Source of the DNA: an uncultured Acidobacterium sp.
Lineage (GTDB): Bacteria; Acidobacteriota; Terriglobia; Terriglobales; Acidobacteriaceae
Reading direction: 5' to 3'
DNA length: 64,000 nt
Assembly: GCA_964610635.1 (NCBI GenBank)
Contig: CAZSWI010000003.1
Location: 194-64,193 of the forward strand
Position numbers and translations under genes: made by a program. The first letter of the stretch is position 1. The number at the start of each line of letters is the position of its first letter. Positions 36,669 to 46,053 of the stretch are shown here, piece after piece. The notes beneath the pieces are model-generated. The model searched no databases. It saw only the letters and a list, made by a program, of their open reading frames with translations, and had not been told where the DNA came from.

Positions 36669-38012
36669 ATGAGACAGCGGCTGTTCGCGGATTTCGAAGA
36701 ACAAGACCAGGCGGAGACAGGGGAAAAGCTGCACAGTTTTGCCCGCGAGCTTTATCCGATCTGCCGCAGCATTACAGGGGCAGGTATCCGGGAAACGCTG
36801 GCCCGGATCGGCGAGCGCATTCCCCTCACCGTATCGGAAGTGCCAACCGGCACGCCGGTCTTCGACTGGACGGTGCCGCGGGAATGGAATATCCGCGACG
36901 CCTGGATAAAGGATGCGCGTGGGCGCCGGGTGGTTGACTTCAGGCAGCACAATCTGCGCGTCGTCAGCTACAGCGTTCCGGTGCATGCCACTTTATCGCT
37001 CAGCGAGCTCGAGCCGCATCTGCATTCTATTCCCGATCATCCGGACTGGATTCCGTATCGCACTTCTTACTATCGGGAAGACTGGGGATTTTGTCTTACT
37101 CATAACGAGAGGTTGGCGCTCGAGAGCGGCGACTATGAAGTGTGCATCGATTCCTCACTTGAGCCGGGGAATCTGACCTACGGCGAATGTTATCTGCCGG
37201 GCCGCTCGAACGAGGAAGTGCTGATCTCCTGCCACGCCTGTCATCCTTCGCTCGCAAATGACAATCTTTCCGGCGTAACGGTGGCCACCGCGATGGCGGA
37301 ATTTCTGCGCGGGCGCGATCTGCGCTACTCGTACCGGTTCCTCTTCGTTCCCGGCACCATTGGGGCCATTACATGGCTGGCGCAGAACCAGGAGAGCGCG
37401 GGGCGAATCCGCCACGGCATGGTGTTGGCAGGGATTGGCGACCCGGGAGGGTTTCACTACAAGAAGAGCCGCCGGGGCGGCACGGAGATCGATCGGGCGG
37501 CGGCGCAGGTCCTGCGCAACGGCGGGGAAGCGTGGGAGACGCTCGATTTTTCCCCCTACGGTTATGACGAGCGGCAGTACTGCTCGCCGGGCTTCAACCT
37601 CGCGGTGGGGTGTCTGATGCGGAGCGTTTGGGGCACGTTTCCGGAATACCATACCTCCGCCGACAACCTTGATTTCATTCGCCCTGAGCAGCTGGCGGGA
37701 TCGCTGCGCGTCTGCGTGGGGGTTGCGGATGTACTCGAGAACAACCGGCGCTACCGCAATCTGAGTCCGTACTGCGAGCCGCAGCTGGGAAAGCGGAACC
37801 TCTACCGGTCGACGGGCGGAGGATCGATCGGGACGGAGATCAATGCGCGCCTGTGGGTCCTGAATTTTTCCGACGGAGAGCACACGCTCCTGGATATTGC
37901 GGAGCGATCGGGGTTGCCGTTTCCGACGATTGCCGATGCCGCGGAGCTCCTGTACGAAGGCGGGCTGCTGGCCCCCGCCGGGGACGACGCCGGGAGCGCC
38001 AACCGGGCCTGA
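36669..38012 (+). CDS. Aminopeptidase-like domain protein (DUF4910 type) commonly embedded in sugar-modification cassettes
   Basis: LYPICRSITGAGIRETL...VPTGTPVFDWTVPREWNIRDAWIKD is the characteristic N-terminal region of this family. The central part is M28-like. Confidence 0.7.
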   Translation: MRQRLFADFEEQDQAETGEKLHSFARELYPICRSITGAGIRETLARIGERIPLTVSEVPTGTPVFDWTVPREWNIRDAWIKDARGRRVVDFRQHNLRVVSYSVPVHATLSLSELEPHLHSIPDHPDWIPYRTSYYREDWGFCLTHNERLALESGDYEVCIDSSLEPGNLTYGECYLPGRSNEEVLISCHACHPSLANDNLSGVTVATAMAEFLRGRDLRYSYRFLFVPGTIGAITWLAQNQESAGRIRHGMVLAGIGDPGGFHYKKSRRGGTEIDRAAAQVLRNGGEAWETLDFSPYGYDERQYCSPGFNLAVGCLMRSVWGTFPEYHTSADNLDFIRPEQLAGSLRVCVGVADVLENNRRYRNLSPYCEPQLGKRNLYRSTGGGSIGTEINARLWVLNFSDGEHTLLDIAERSGLPFPTIADAAELLYEGGLLAPAGDDAGSANRA

Positions 38013-38271
38013 GGGCAATAAAGCTTCCGTAACATGATCGCGTTACTCGGTCTGAGACGGGCGGGTCATTGCAACGGGAAAAATGAGTGCTAGGATCGGA
38101 GCTGATCGCGGCATTCATGGGTTCTCCGGCACTCGGTTACTGGCCGGAGTGTGGTTGGCTTATCAATCGCCGGGGACACTCACAACCGGGAATCTCGAGG
38201 CGCTCGATCGGAATCGCCGGGGCAATCCCGAGCGAATACAGGCACGGAGCTTCTCCGAGCCAGGGAGTTAT

Positions 38272-39324
38272 ATGAAAGTTCTGCTCACAGGTCATAAGGG
38301 TTACATCGGCGCCGTCGCGGGGCCGGTACTGCAGTCGGCCGGTCATGAAGTAGTCGGCATCGATACCGATCTTTACGCCGGCTGCGACTTCGGCGAGGGG
38401 CCTCAGCCGATACCGGAAATTCGCAGGGACCTTCGCGATCTCGCAAAGAAGGACCTGCAGGGTTTCGATGCGGTCGTGCATCTGGCCGCTCTTTCGAACG
38501 ATCCGCTGGGCAATCTGGATGCGCAGCTCACTTACGACATTAATCATCACGCGTCCGTCAAGCTGGCGACGCTGGCGAAAGAAGCGGGCGTAACGCGATT
38601 CGTGTTTGCGTCTTCCTGCAGCACTTATGGCTCGGCGGGAGACGATTTTCTGACCGAGACGGCATCGCTCCATCCGGTTACAGCCTACGGCGAGTCAAAG
38701 GTTTTCGTGGAGCAGGCTCTCGCTCGTCTGGCGAGCGATACCTTCAGCCCGACATCGATGAGGAATGCGACTGCGTACGGGGCTTCGCCGCGCCTGCGTC
38801 TGGATATTGTGCTGAACGATCTGGTGGCATCCGCGTTTACCACGGGCCGCATTTTCATCAAGAGCGACGGCACACCATGGCGTCCGATCGTCCACATCCG
38901 CGACATTATCGCGGCCGTGGTTGCGGTGCTGGGCGCGCCGCGCGAGGCGATTCATAACGAGGTCTTCAATGTAGGCCGCAACGAGGAAAATTTTCGTATC
39001 CGGGAGATCGCCGATATCGTAGCTGAAATCGTGCCTGGCTGCCGCATCGAATACGCTTTGGGCGGAGGCCCGGACCTGCGTTGTTATCGCGTCAATTTCG
39101 ACAAGATCGCAAAGGCTTTGCCGGCTTTTCGGCCGCAGTGGACAGCGCGCAAGGGAGCTGAGGAACTGTTCGCCGCTTATCGCAGCGCGGGGCTGACGAA
39201 GGCCGATGTGGAGCACGGACGTTACACCCGGCTCAGCGAGATTCGCAGGCTGCAGGAGGCGGGACGTCTGAACAACCTGCTGCAATGGACAGAGAAGCAC
39301 GCGGAAACCGCCGTCGGCGTTTAA
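38272..39324 (+). CDS. Extended-SDR NAD-dependent epimerase/dehydratase
   Basis: The ATG at 38272 follows AGGGAG; the ORF is open from 38083. MKVLLTGHKGYIGAV is the N-terminal nucleotide-binding motif and the catalytic motif is YGESK. Confidence 0.85.
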   Translation: MKVLLTGHKGYIGAVAGPVLQSAGHEVVGIDTDLYAGCDFGEGPQPIPEIRRDLRDLAKKDLQGFDAVVHLAALSNDPLGNLDAQLTYDINHHASVKLATLAKEAGVTRFVFASSCSTYGSAGDDFLTETASLHPVTAYGESKVFVEQALARLASDTFSPTSMRNATAYGASPRLRLDIVLNDLVASAFTTGRIFIKSDGTPWRPIVHIRDIIAAVVAVLGAPREAIHNEVFNVGRNEENFRIREIADIVAEIVPGCRIEYALGGGPDLRCYRVNFDKIAKALPAFRPQWTARKGAEELFAAYRSAGLTKADVEHGRYTRLSEIRRLQEAGRLNNLLQWTEKHAETAVGV

Positions 39325-39344
39325 AAAAGGAGCTGGAACCGGAA

Positions 39345-40631
39345 ATGACTACGACCTCAGTTCTTCAGGAAGTCGATGTGCAGAAAGCCTCGGGGGTGTG
39401 CCACTTTTGCGGCGCCGGCCTCGAGCAGACCTTTGTCGATCTGGGTATGTCGCCATTGTGCGAGAGCTACCTTTCCCCCGCCGATCTGAATCGCGGCGAG
39501 ACATTTTATCCGCTGCACACGTATGTGTGCGGGAAGTGCTTCCTTGTGCAGCTGGAGGAGTACGAGAGCGCGGAGAATATTTTCAGCGACTACGCGTACT
39601 TTTCCTCGTTTTCAGACTCGTGGCTGAGGCACGCTGACAATTACTGCGCGAAGATGAAGGACCGCTTTCGCCTCGACGAGAAAAGCTTTGTCGTCGAAGT
39701 GGCGAGCAACGATGGCTACCTGCTGCAATATTTCGTGCAGCGGAATATTCCGGTGCTGGGAATCGAGCCGGCAGGCAACGTCGCCAAGGTGGCCGTCGAA
39801 AAGGGTGTTCCTTCTCTGGTGCGCTTCTTCGGTACGGCGCTGGCCGGGGAACTGGTGGAGCAGGGGCGCAGCGCCGATCTGGTGCTGGGCAACAACGTCC
39901 TCGCGCAGGTGCCCGACCTGAACGACTTTGTCGAAGGGCTGAAGGTTCTGCTGAAGCCCGAGGGTGTCCTGACTCTGGAATTTCCTCATCTGCTGAAGCT
40001 GATCGAGCACAACGAATTCGACACGATCTACCATGAGCACTTTTCGTATTTCTCCATGTTCACAACCGTAAAGATCATGGAGGCGCATGGCCTGAGGGTG
40101 TTCGACGTCGAGGAGCTCGCATCGCACGGCGGGTCGCTGCGCGTGTTTATGTGCCGGAAAGAAGCGAAGACGCATCCGGTCGAGCCCAATGTGGCGAAAG
40201 TGCTCGCCGACGAGAAGGCAGCCGGTCTTTTCGATCTGAAGGGCTACGAAACGTTTGCCCAGCGCGTGAAGGAAACCAAGCTGGCGCTGCTCGAGGTGCT
40301 GCTTGCCGCAGCCCGCGAAGGCAAGAAGGTGGCGGCCTACGGGGCGCCGGGAAAGAGCGCAACTCTGCTGAATTACTGCGGCATCGGGAAGGACTTCATC
40401 GAATATACAGTCGACCGCAGCCCTTATAAGCAGGGACGGTTCCTGCCGGGCACGCACATTCCGATTTATCACCCGGACCGTATTCGCGAGATGAAGCCTG
40501 ACTACGTGGTGATCCTGCCATGGAATCTGCAAAACGAAATCATGAAGCAGCTGCAGTACATTGGCGAGTGGGGCGGTAAGTTTATCGTGCCTATCCCCAA
40601 GGCAGTTATTCTCCCGGCGGAGAGGAGCTAG
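39345..40631 (+). CDS. SAM-dependent NDP-hexose C-methyltransferase-like enzyme with an N-terminal zinc ribbon
   Basis: The start is placed at ATG 39345. The Cys4 ribbon is CHFCGAG...CGKCFLVQL and the SAM motif is VVEVASNDGYLLQYF. The C-terminal domain is typical of sugar C-methyltransferases. Confidence 0.8.
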   Translation: MTTTSVLQEVDVQKASGVCHFCGAGLEQTFVDLGMSPLCESYLSPADLNRGETFYPLHTYVCGKCFLVQLEEYESAENIFSDYAYFSSFSDSWLRHADNYCAKMKDRFRLDEKSFVVEVASNDGYLLQYFVQRNIPVLGIEPAGNVAKVAVEKGVPSLVRFFGTALAGELVEQGRSADLVLGNNVLAQVPDLNDFVEGLKVLLKPEGVLTLEFPHLLKLIEHNEFDTIYHEHFSYFSMFTTVKIMEAHGLRVFDVEELASHGGSLRVFMCRKEAKTHPVEPNVAKVLADEKAAGLFDLKGYETFAQRVKETKLALLEVLLAAAREGKKVAAYGAPGKSATLLNYCGIGKDFIEYTVDRSPYKQGRFLPGTHIPIYHPDRIREMKPDYVVILPWNLQNEIMKQLQYIGEWGGKFIVPIPKAVILPAERS

Positions 40632-40638
40632 CCCGGCT

Positions 40639-41457
40639 ATGAAGGTAGTCTTATTTTGCGGCGGAGCGGGGATGCGGCTCCGCGGATATGCTGACGATGT
40701 TCCGAAGCCGATGGTAACGATCGGCACGCGGCCGATTTTATGGCACATCATGAAGTACTATGCGCATTTCGGGCATAAGGACTTCGTTCTGTGCCTGGGC
40801 TACAAGGGAAACGTCATTAAGGATTACTTCCTGCATTACGACGAAGCCGTTTCCAACGACTTTGTATGGTCGCGCGGCGGCCAGAATATCCAGTACATCA
40901 ACCGGGATATCGATGACTGGACGATTACGTTTGTGGAGACCGGCGCGACGTCGAACATCGGGCAGCGGCTGAAGGCGGTCGAGCCTTACGTGCAGGGCGA
41001 AGAGATGTTCCTCGCGAACTACGGAGACGGGTTGAGCGATGTTCCGCTGCCGGCTATGCTCGACCGGTTCCGCCAGAGCAACGCGGTGGCGTCGCTGCTG
41101 CTGGTGCAGCCGACGTCGAGCTTCGACATTGTTTACTCCGAGCCGGAGGGAGCGGTGAAGGAGATCTGCCCTCTGACCCGCAGCGATATCTGGATCAATG
41201 GCGGCTTCTTCGCGATGCGCGGAGAGATCTTCAACTATATCCGGCCGGGCGAGGAGCTGGTGCGCGAGCCGTTCCAGCGGCTGATCGAGAAGCGGGCGCT
41301 GCTGGCGCACAAGTACAACGGATTCTGGCAGTGCATGGATACCTTCAAGGACAAGCAGCACCTCGAGGAGCTGAATCAGGGTCCGGCGCCGTGGAAAGTC
41401 TGGAATCACCTGCTTGCATCCTCTGACAGCTCGCTGCTCGTGTCTGCCACCGTATGA
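40639..41457 (+). CDS. rfbF: Glucose-1-phosphate cytidylyltransferase
   Basis: The start is placed at ATG 40639. The translation MKVVLFCGGAGMRLRGYADDVPKPMVTIGTRPILWHIMKYYAHFGHKDFVLCLGYKG closely matches the RfbF N-terminus. Confidence 0.85.
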   Translation: MKVVLFCGGAGMRLRGYADDVPKPMVTIGTRPILWHIMKYYAHFGHKDFVLCLGYKGNVIKDYFLHYDEAVSNDFVWSRGGQNIQYINRDIDDWTITFVETGATSNIGQRLKAVEPYVQGEEMFLANYGDGLSDVPLPAMLDRFRQSNAVASLLLVQPTSSFDIVYSEPEGAVKEICPLTRSDIWINGGFFAMRGEIFNYIRPGEELVREPFQRLIEKRALLAHKYNGFWQCMDTFKDKQHLEELNQGPAPWKVWNHLLASSDSSLLVSATV

Positions 41458-42104
41458 TGCCTCTGCGGTTCCAGACGAAAGCCGGCGCGGGTCTGAAGGT
41501 GCTGTGCATGGGCGCGCACTCCGACGATATCGAGATCGGGTGCGGGGGAACGATTCTGCGCCTCGCCGAGCAATACCCGGACTGCGAATTTCACTGGATC
41601 GTCTTCAACGCGATCGGCGAACGGGAGAGCGAGGCTCGCCGAGCGGCGGATTTGTTTGCCGGAGCGCGGCTGAGGGGCCCGCTGCTAAAGACGTTTAAGG
41701 ATGGTTTCATGCCCTTCGTGGGCAGCGAGGTGAAAGCTGTATTTGAAAACGAGCTGAAGCAGCTTTCTCCCGACCTGGTGTTCACGCACAATGGCAACGA
41801 TGCTCACCAGGATCACCGGCTGATCTGCCAGCTGACCTGGAATACGTTCCGGGAGCATTTCATTCTGGAGTATGAAATTCCGAAATACGATGGGGATATG
41901 GGCCGGCCGAGTGTCTTTGTGCCTCTTGAAAAAGAGCTCTGCCAAAAGAAGGTGGATTGTCTGATGGACGCCTTCCAGTCGCAACAGAAGAAGCGCTGGT
42001 TTCAGCCGGATACGTTTTTTTCCCTGATGCGGTTGCGGGGCATGGAGTGCGCCGCTCCCAGCGGTTACGCCGAGGCCTTTTACTGCCGCAAGCTGGTGCT
42101 GTAG
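41454..42104 (+). CDS. PIG-L/LmbE-family N-acetylglucosaminyl deacetylase
   Basis: ATGA overlap with rfbF. The family motifs are CMGAHSDDIEIGCGGT and HQDH. Confidence 0.85.
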   Translation: MMPLRFQTKAGAGLKVLCMGAHSDDIEIGCGGTILRLAEQYPDCEFHWIVFNAIGERESEARRAADLFAGARLRGPLLKTFKDGFMPFVGSEVKAVFENELKQLSPDLVFTHNGNDAHQDHRLICQLTWNTFREHFILEYEIPKYDGDMGRPSVFVPLEKELCQKKVDCLMDAFQSQQKKRWFQPDTFFSLMRLRGMECAAPSGYAEAFYCRKLVL

Positions 42105-42161
42105 GTTGCGGGGGAAGACGACAACGAGGCGGCCGATAGGGCGCCGGCACCGTGGGGAGCG

Positions 42162-43625
42162 ATGGAACACCTGAAGGAAAAGACAATCCGGGGCGGCGTA
42201 GCCAGGCTCTTCGCGCAGGGAACGAACTTCTTCCTGCGCATCGGGTCGCTCATGATCCTGGCGCGGCTGCTGAGTCCGGCGGACTTCGGGTTAGTAGGGA
42301 TGGTGATGGCTTTTACGGGAGCCCTGACTCTGTTCCGCGACTTCGGACTTTCGGCGGCAGCGGTGCAGCGAGCTAACGTTACAGAGGAGCAGCTCTCGAC
42401 ATTATTCTGGATCAACCTGTTTGTGGGAGTCGCTCTCGGGCTGCTGGCGATAGTATGCGCGCCGGCAATCGCTCATTTTTATCATGAACCGAGACTGGTC
42501 GCGGTTACGGCCGTCCTCGCGCTTGCATTCTTTTTCAACGCGGCGGGCGTGCAGCATTCGGCTATGCTGCAGCGGGAAATGAGGTTTACGGCGCTGGCGG
42601 TCATCAACACGGTGGCGCTGGCCATCGGAACCGCAATCGCGATATGGGGCGCAAAGGCCGGCTATGGCTACTGGGCGCTTGTGGTGATGACGGTGGCGAC
42701 CCCGTTCGTGAGCACGATCGGGTTCTGGCTGACGACATGGTGGGTTCCGGGGCTCCCGCAAAGGCGGGCCGGCATCCGGTCGATGATGCATTTTGGCGGA
42801 ACGGTTACGCTGAATGGCCTTGTGGTTTATATAGCCACGAACTTCGAAAAGGTTTTGCTGGGAAGATTCTGGGGAGTGGACGTACTCGGAATGTACGGAC
42901 GGGCCTATCAGCTCATTAACATTCCCACGGACAATTTGAACTTCGCAGCCGGTGAAGTGGCGTTTTCGGCGCTTTCGAGGCTGCAGCACGATCCAACCCG
43001 GCTGAGGAGCTACTTCCTCAAGGGCTACTCGGTGGTGGTGGCTATGACGGTGCCGATCACCATAGCGTGCGCGCTCTTCGCGGACGATATCATCCGCGTT
43101 TTCCTGGGTCCGAAGTGGGGTGGCGCGGTTCCGATTTTCCGCCTGCTTTCTCCGACCATCCTGGTATTTGCCATTGCTAATCCGCTGGGCTGGCTGCTTT
43201 CCTCGCTGGGAATGGTGGGACGCGGCCTGAAGATGAGCATGGTCATTGCCCCGGCGATGATTGCCAGTTATCTGATCGCCGTTCCATACGGCCCCCGCGC
43301 GGTAGCATCGGCTTACTCCGGCGTGATGTTGCTTTGGGTGGTTCCGGTGATTGCATGGTCGGTGCATGGCACAGTGATTTCGTTCGGGGATATTGTGCGG
43401 GCAGCGAGCCGGCCGCTGATCTCATGCCTGGTTGCCGCGGTTATTGCTCTGGTTGTGCGATCGGCATGCGGACCATTGTTTTCTCCGCTGGGGCGGCTCA
43501 CGCTCGAAACCACGGCTTTGTTCGCCGCATTTGCGGGGCTGCTTCTGTTTGCGGCGGGGCAGAGGACGCTCTATCTGGATATTCTTCGCGGGCTGCGGCG
43601 GCCCCGGGAGACAGCGGTCACGTAA
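42162..43625 (+). CDS. Wzx-type oligosaccharide flippase (MOP/PST family)
   Basis: The protein has about 12-14 TM helices. The N-terminus KEKTIRGGVARLFAQGTNFFLRIGSLMILARLLSPADFGLVGMV is typical of polysaccharide biosynthesis (Wzx) proteins. Confidence 0.8.
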   Translation: MEHLKEKTIRGGVARLFAQGTNFFLRIGSLMILARLLSPADFGLVGMVMAFTGALTLFRDFGLSAAAVQRANVTEEQLSTLFWINLFVGVALGLLAIVCAPAIAHFYHEPRLVAVTAVLALAFFFNAAGVQHSAMLQREMRFTALAVINTVALAIGTAIAIWGAKAGYGYWALVVMTVATPFVSTIGFWLTTWWVPGLPQRRAGIRSMMHFGGTVTLNGLVVYIATNFEKVLLGRFWGVDVLGMYGRAYQLINIPTDNLNFAAGEVAFSALSRLQHDPTRLRSYFLKGYSVVVAMTVPITIACALFADDIIRVFLGPKWGGAVPIFRLLSPTILVFAIANPLGWLLSSLGMVGRGLKMSMVIAPAMIASYLIAVPYGPRAVASAYSGVMLLWVVPVIAWSVHGTVISFGDIVRAASRPLISCLVAAVIALVVRSACGPLFSPLGRLTLETTALFAAFAGLLLFAAGQRTLYLDILRGLRRPRETAVT

Positions 43626-44600
43626 GTGTGCGGGTTTGATCATGCATCGCCAGGCGGAAGAAAGGATCGGGATTTGACCACGAAGTCGGAAACAGGGACC
43701 CTCGAAAAATATGTCGGCAGGCCATTCCTGTCGGTGAATGAGCGGGTGTGGAAGCGTCTGCCTAAATCGGCGGCGTCGACTGCGCCGTATCACGCGTATG
43801 GAACGTTGCTGCATTCGCTGGTATGCCGATTCTCGGACCGCAACCAGTATCACGGAACGTTCTTCCTGCGGAACCGTCCGGAGCTGGCGCTGCTGAGCAA
43901 GCTCGGGGCCGAGAAGGCGAAGGCGGGCAAGCTGAAGGTCGCGGTGCTGGGCTGCAGCAACGGGGCCGAGGTTTATTCGATCGTCTGGACCATTCGCAAA
44001 GAGCATCCGGACCTGAAGGTCGCCGTATACGCAGCAGATATTTCGCCCGAGATTCTGGAGATTGCCAGGCGCGGCGTCTACTCCCTGAAGGCGAACGATC
44101 TGATGGATTCGGAAATCTTCGAGCGTCTCTCGGAACAAGAGATGCAGGCAATGTTCGATGTGCGGGATGGCCGGGTAACTGTTAAGCCGTCGATCAGGGA
44201 AGGTATCGACTTTCAGATTGCCGATGCCGGGGATCCGGGGTTAGTCGATCGTGTGGGACGCTGTCAGATCGTGGTGGCGAATCGGTTTCTGTGTCACATG
44301 GCTCCCCCTGACGCGGAAAGATGTCTTCGCAATCTGGCGAGCCTCGTCGAGCCTGGCGGATATCTTTTCGTTTCGGGTGTTGACCTCGATGTCCGAGCCA
44401 AAGTTGCGCTCGATCTGAAATGGGTTGTCGTGCCGGAAGCGATGGAAGAAATCCACGAGGGCGATCCTTCGGTAAGGGGCGACTGGCCCTGGCGGTGGTG
44501 GGGGCTGGAGCCTTTCACTCGAAGCAGACGGGACTGGGGGATCCGCTACGCATCGGTCTTCAGAATCGGCGAAGCGGGAGTACCGGCGACACAGCGATGA
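43626..44600 (+). CDS. CheR-type SAM-dependent methyltransferase domain protein
   Basis: LKVAVLGCSNGAEVYSIVWTI, AADISPEILEIARRGVYS and IVVANRFLCHM parallel the CheR catalytic-domain motifs. The start is either GTG 43626 or TTG 43674, which follows AAAGGA. Confidence 0.7.
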   Translation: MCGFDHASPGGRKDRDLTTKSETGTLEKYVGRPFLSVNERVWKRLPKSAASTAPYHAYGTLLHSLVCRFSDRNQYHGTFFLRNRPELALLSKLGAEKAKAGKLKVAVLGCSNGAEVYSIVWTIRKEHPDLKVAVYAADISPEILEIARRGVYSLKANDLMDSEIFERLSEQEMQAMFDVRDGRVTVKPSIREGIDFQIADAGDPGLVDRVGRCQIVVANRFLCHMAPPDAERCLRNLASLVEPGGYLFVSGVDLDVRAKVALDLKWVVVPEAMEEIHEGDPSVRGDWPWRWWGLEPFTRSRRDWGIRYASVFRIGEAGVPATQR

Positions 44601-45994
44601 AAATAGGTTTGCTCGATCACATGGGATACGGGAACCTGGGCGATGCCGCCACCCAGGAGGCTCTGATAGCGAACATCAGAAGCCGTCTCCCGGATGCCGA
44701 GATCGTCGGGTTTTCGCTGAATCCGGTGGACACCACGAAGCGTCACGGAATCGAGTCCTGGTCGATCACCTACTGGCATCCGGGTCTTGGTAAATCCGGC
44801 CTGAGCGATTCTTCTCAGGCAGGCTCGAGCGGGGCCGATTCGCGCGGCGCCGATTCAAAACGGCCCCATTTACGCGCGCGCCTGAAGTCGATCGCCAAAA
44901 ATATTCCCGTTGTATCGCGCGTGGCGAGACGCCTGTTGCATGCGGGCAGGGAAGCAGCGCATCTGGGAAGGTCTTACAGGCGCCTCCGTTCCCTGGATGC
45001 TCTGATCATCGCGGGCGGAGGCCAGCTGAGCGAGTTATGGGGCGGCCCGTGGTCGCATCCTTACAATGTATTCAAATTTTCGCTCCTGACCACAGTCGCC
45101 AGGAGAAAGCTGGTCTTCGCGAATGTGGGCGCGGGTCCGCTGAAAAGCGGGTTGAGCAGAGCCTTCGTGAGATGGTCGATCCGTATGGCCGACTATGTCT
45201 CGTTCCGCGATGCCGAATCGCAGGAGCTGGCCTGCGGCTCGGGCGTGAAGCGGCAGACGCATGTTTTTCCGGACTCGGCGTACGCCCTGGATGTTTCGAA
45301 ATACGCCCAGGATGTTTCGAGATATGCCAGTGGCTCTCGCACCAGCTCCGCGAAGCCGCTGGTCGGTCTCAATCCCATCGGCTTTTGCGACCCTCGTATC
45401 TGGCCAAAGAAAGACGCGGCTGTCTACGAAAGCTATATCGGGAAGCTGGCCGATTTCTCGGTGTGGCTGCTGAATAATAATTACGACCTGCGACTGTATT
45501 CGGCGGAAGCCAGCGTCGATATCTACGCCATTGAAGACCTCGGAAAATGTTTGAGAAGCCGGCTTTCTGCCGCCGAGCTCGACAGAATTTGCCGGCCCTC
45601 CGCCGGAACGGTGTCCGGGCTGATGGCGGAGATGTCGGGGTTCGATTTCGTCGTGACAGCGAAATTTCATGGAGTGGTATTTTCCCATCTGTTGGCCAAG
45701 CCGGTCATCGCTCTCAGTTATCACCCGAAGATCGACGACCTGATGCGTAAGGTGGGGCACAGCCAATATTGCCTCGACATAGCGACGTTCGATAACAAAG
45801 GTCTCGAGAATACGTTCGTGGCTCTTGTCAACGATTCTGAGCAGCTGAAGGCGAGATTCCGCCGGACCGCGGCGTCGTATTCGGAAACGCTGAAAACCCA
45901 GTTTGACGGTCTGTTTGCTCCGGGAACGCAGCGCCTGCGCTCGCGGACGCCGGAATCGGAACGGAACGAAGCGGTTGCCGGCGGCCCCGCGTAA
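44597..45994 (+). CDS. Polysaccharide pyruvyl transferase family protein (WcaK/CsaB-like)
   Basis: ATGA overlap with the upstream gene. The sequence contains MKIGLLDHMGYGNLGDAATQEA and FVVTAKFHGVVFS. An in-frame 21-bp tandem duplication lies at 45281-45322. Confidence 0.8.
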   Translation: MKIGLLDHMGYGNLGDAATQEALIANIRSRLPDAEIVGFSLNPVDTTKRHGIESWSITYWHPGLGKSGLSDSSQAGSSGADSRGADSKRPHLRARLKSIAKNIPVVSRVARRLLHAGREAAHLGRSYRRLRSLDALIIAGGGQLSELWGGPWSHPYNVFKFSLLTTVARRKLVFANVGAGPLKSGLSRAFVRWSIRMADYVSFRDAESQELACGSGVKRQTHVFPDSAYALDVSKYAQDVSRYASGSRTSSAKPLVGLNPIGFCDPRIWPKKDAAVYESYIGKLADFSVWLLNNNYDLRLYSAEASVDIYAIEDLGKCLRSRLSAAELDRICRPSAGTVSGLMAEMSGFDFVVTAKFHGVVFSHLLAKPVIALSYHPKIDDLMRKVGHSQYCLDIATFDNKGLENTFVALVNDSEQLKARFRRTAASYSETLKTQFDGLFAPGTQRLRSRTPESERNEAVAGGPA

Positions 45995-46053
45995 CCCTAA
46001 CATAACTGGCATTCCCCATCGACACGGTTCACGCCTGAGAAGAGGCAATCAAG

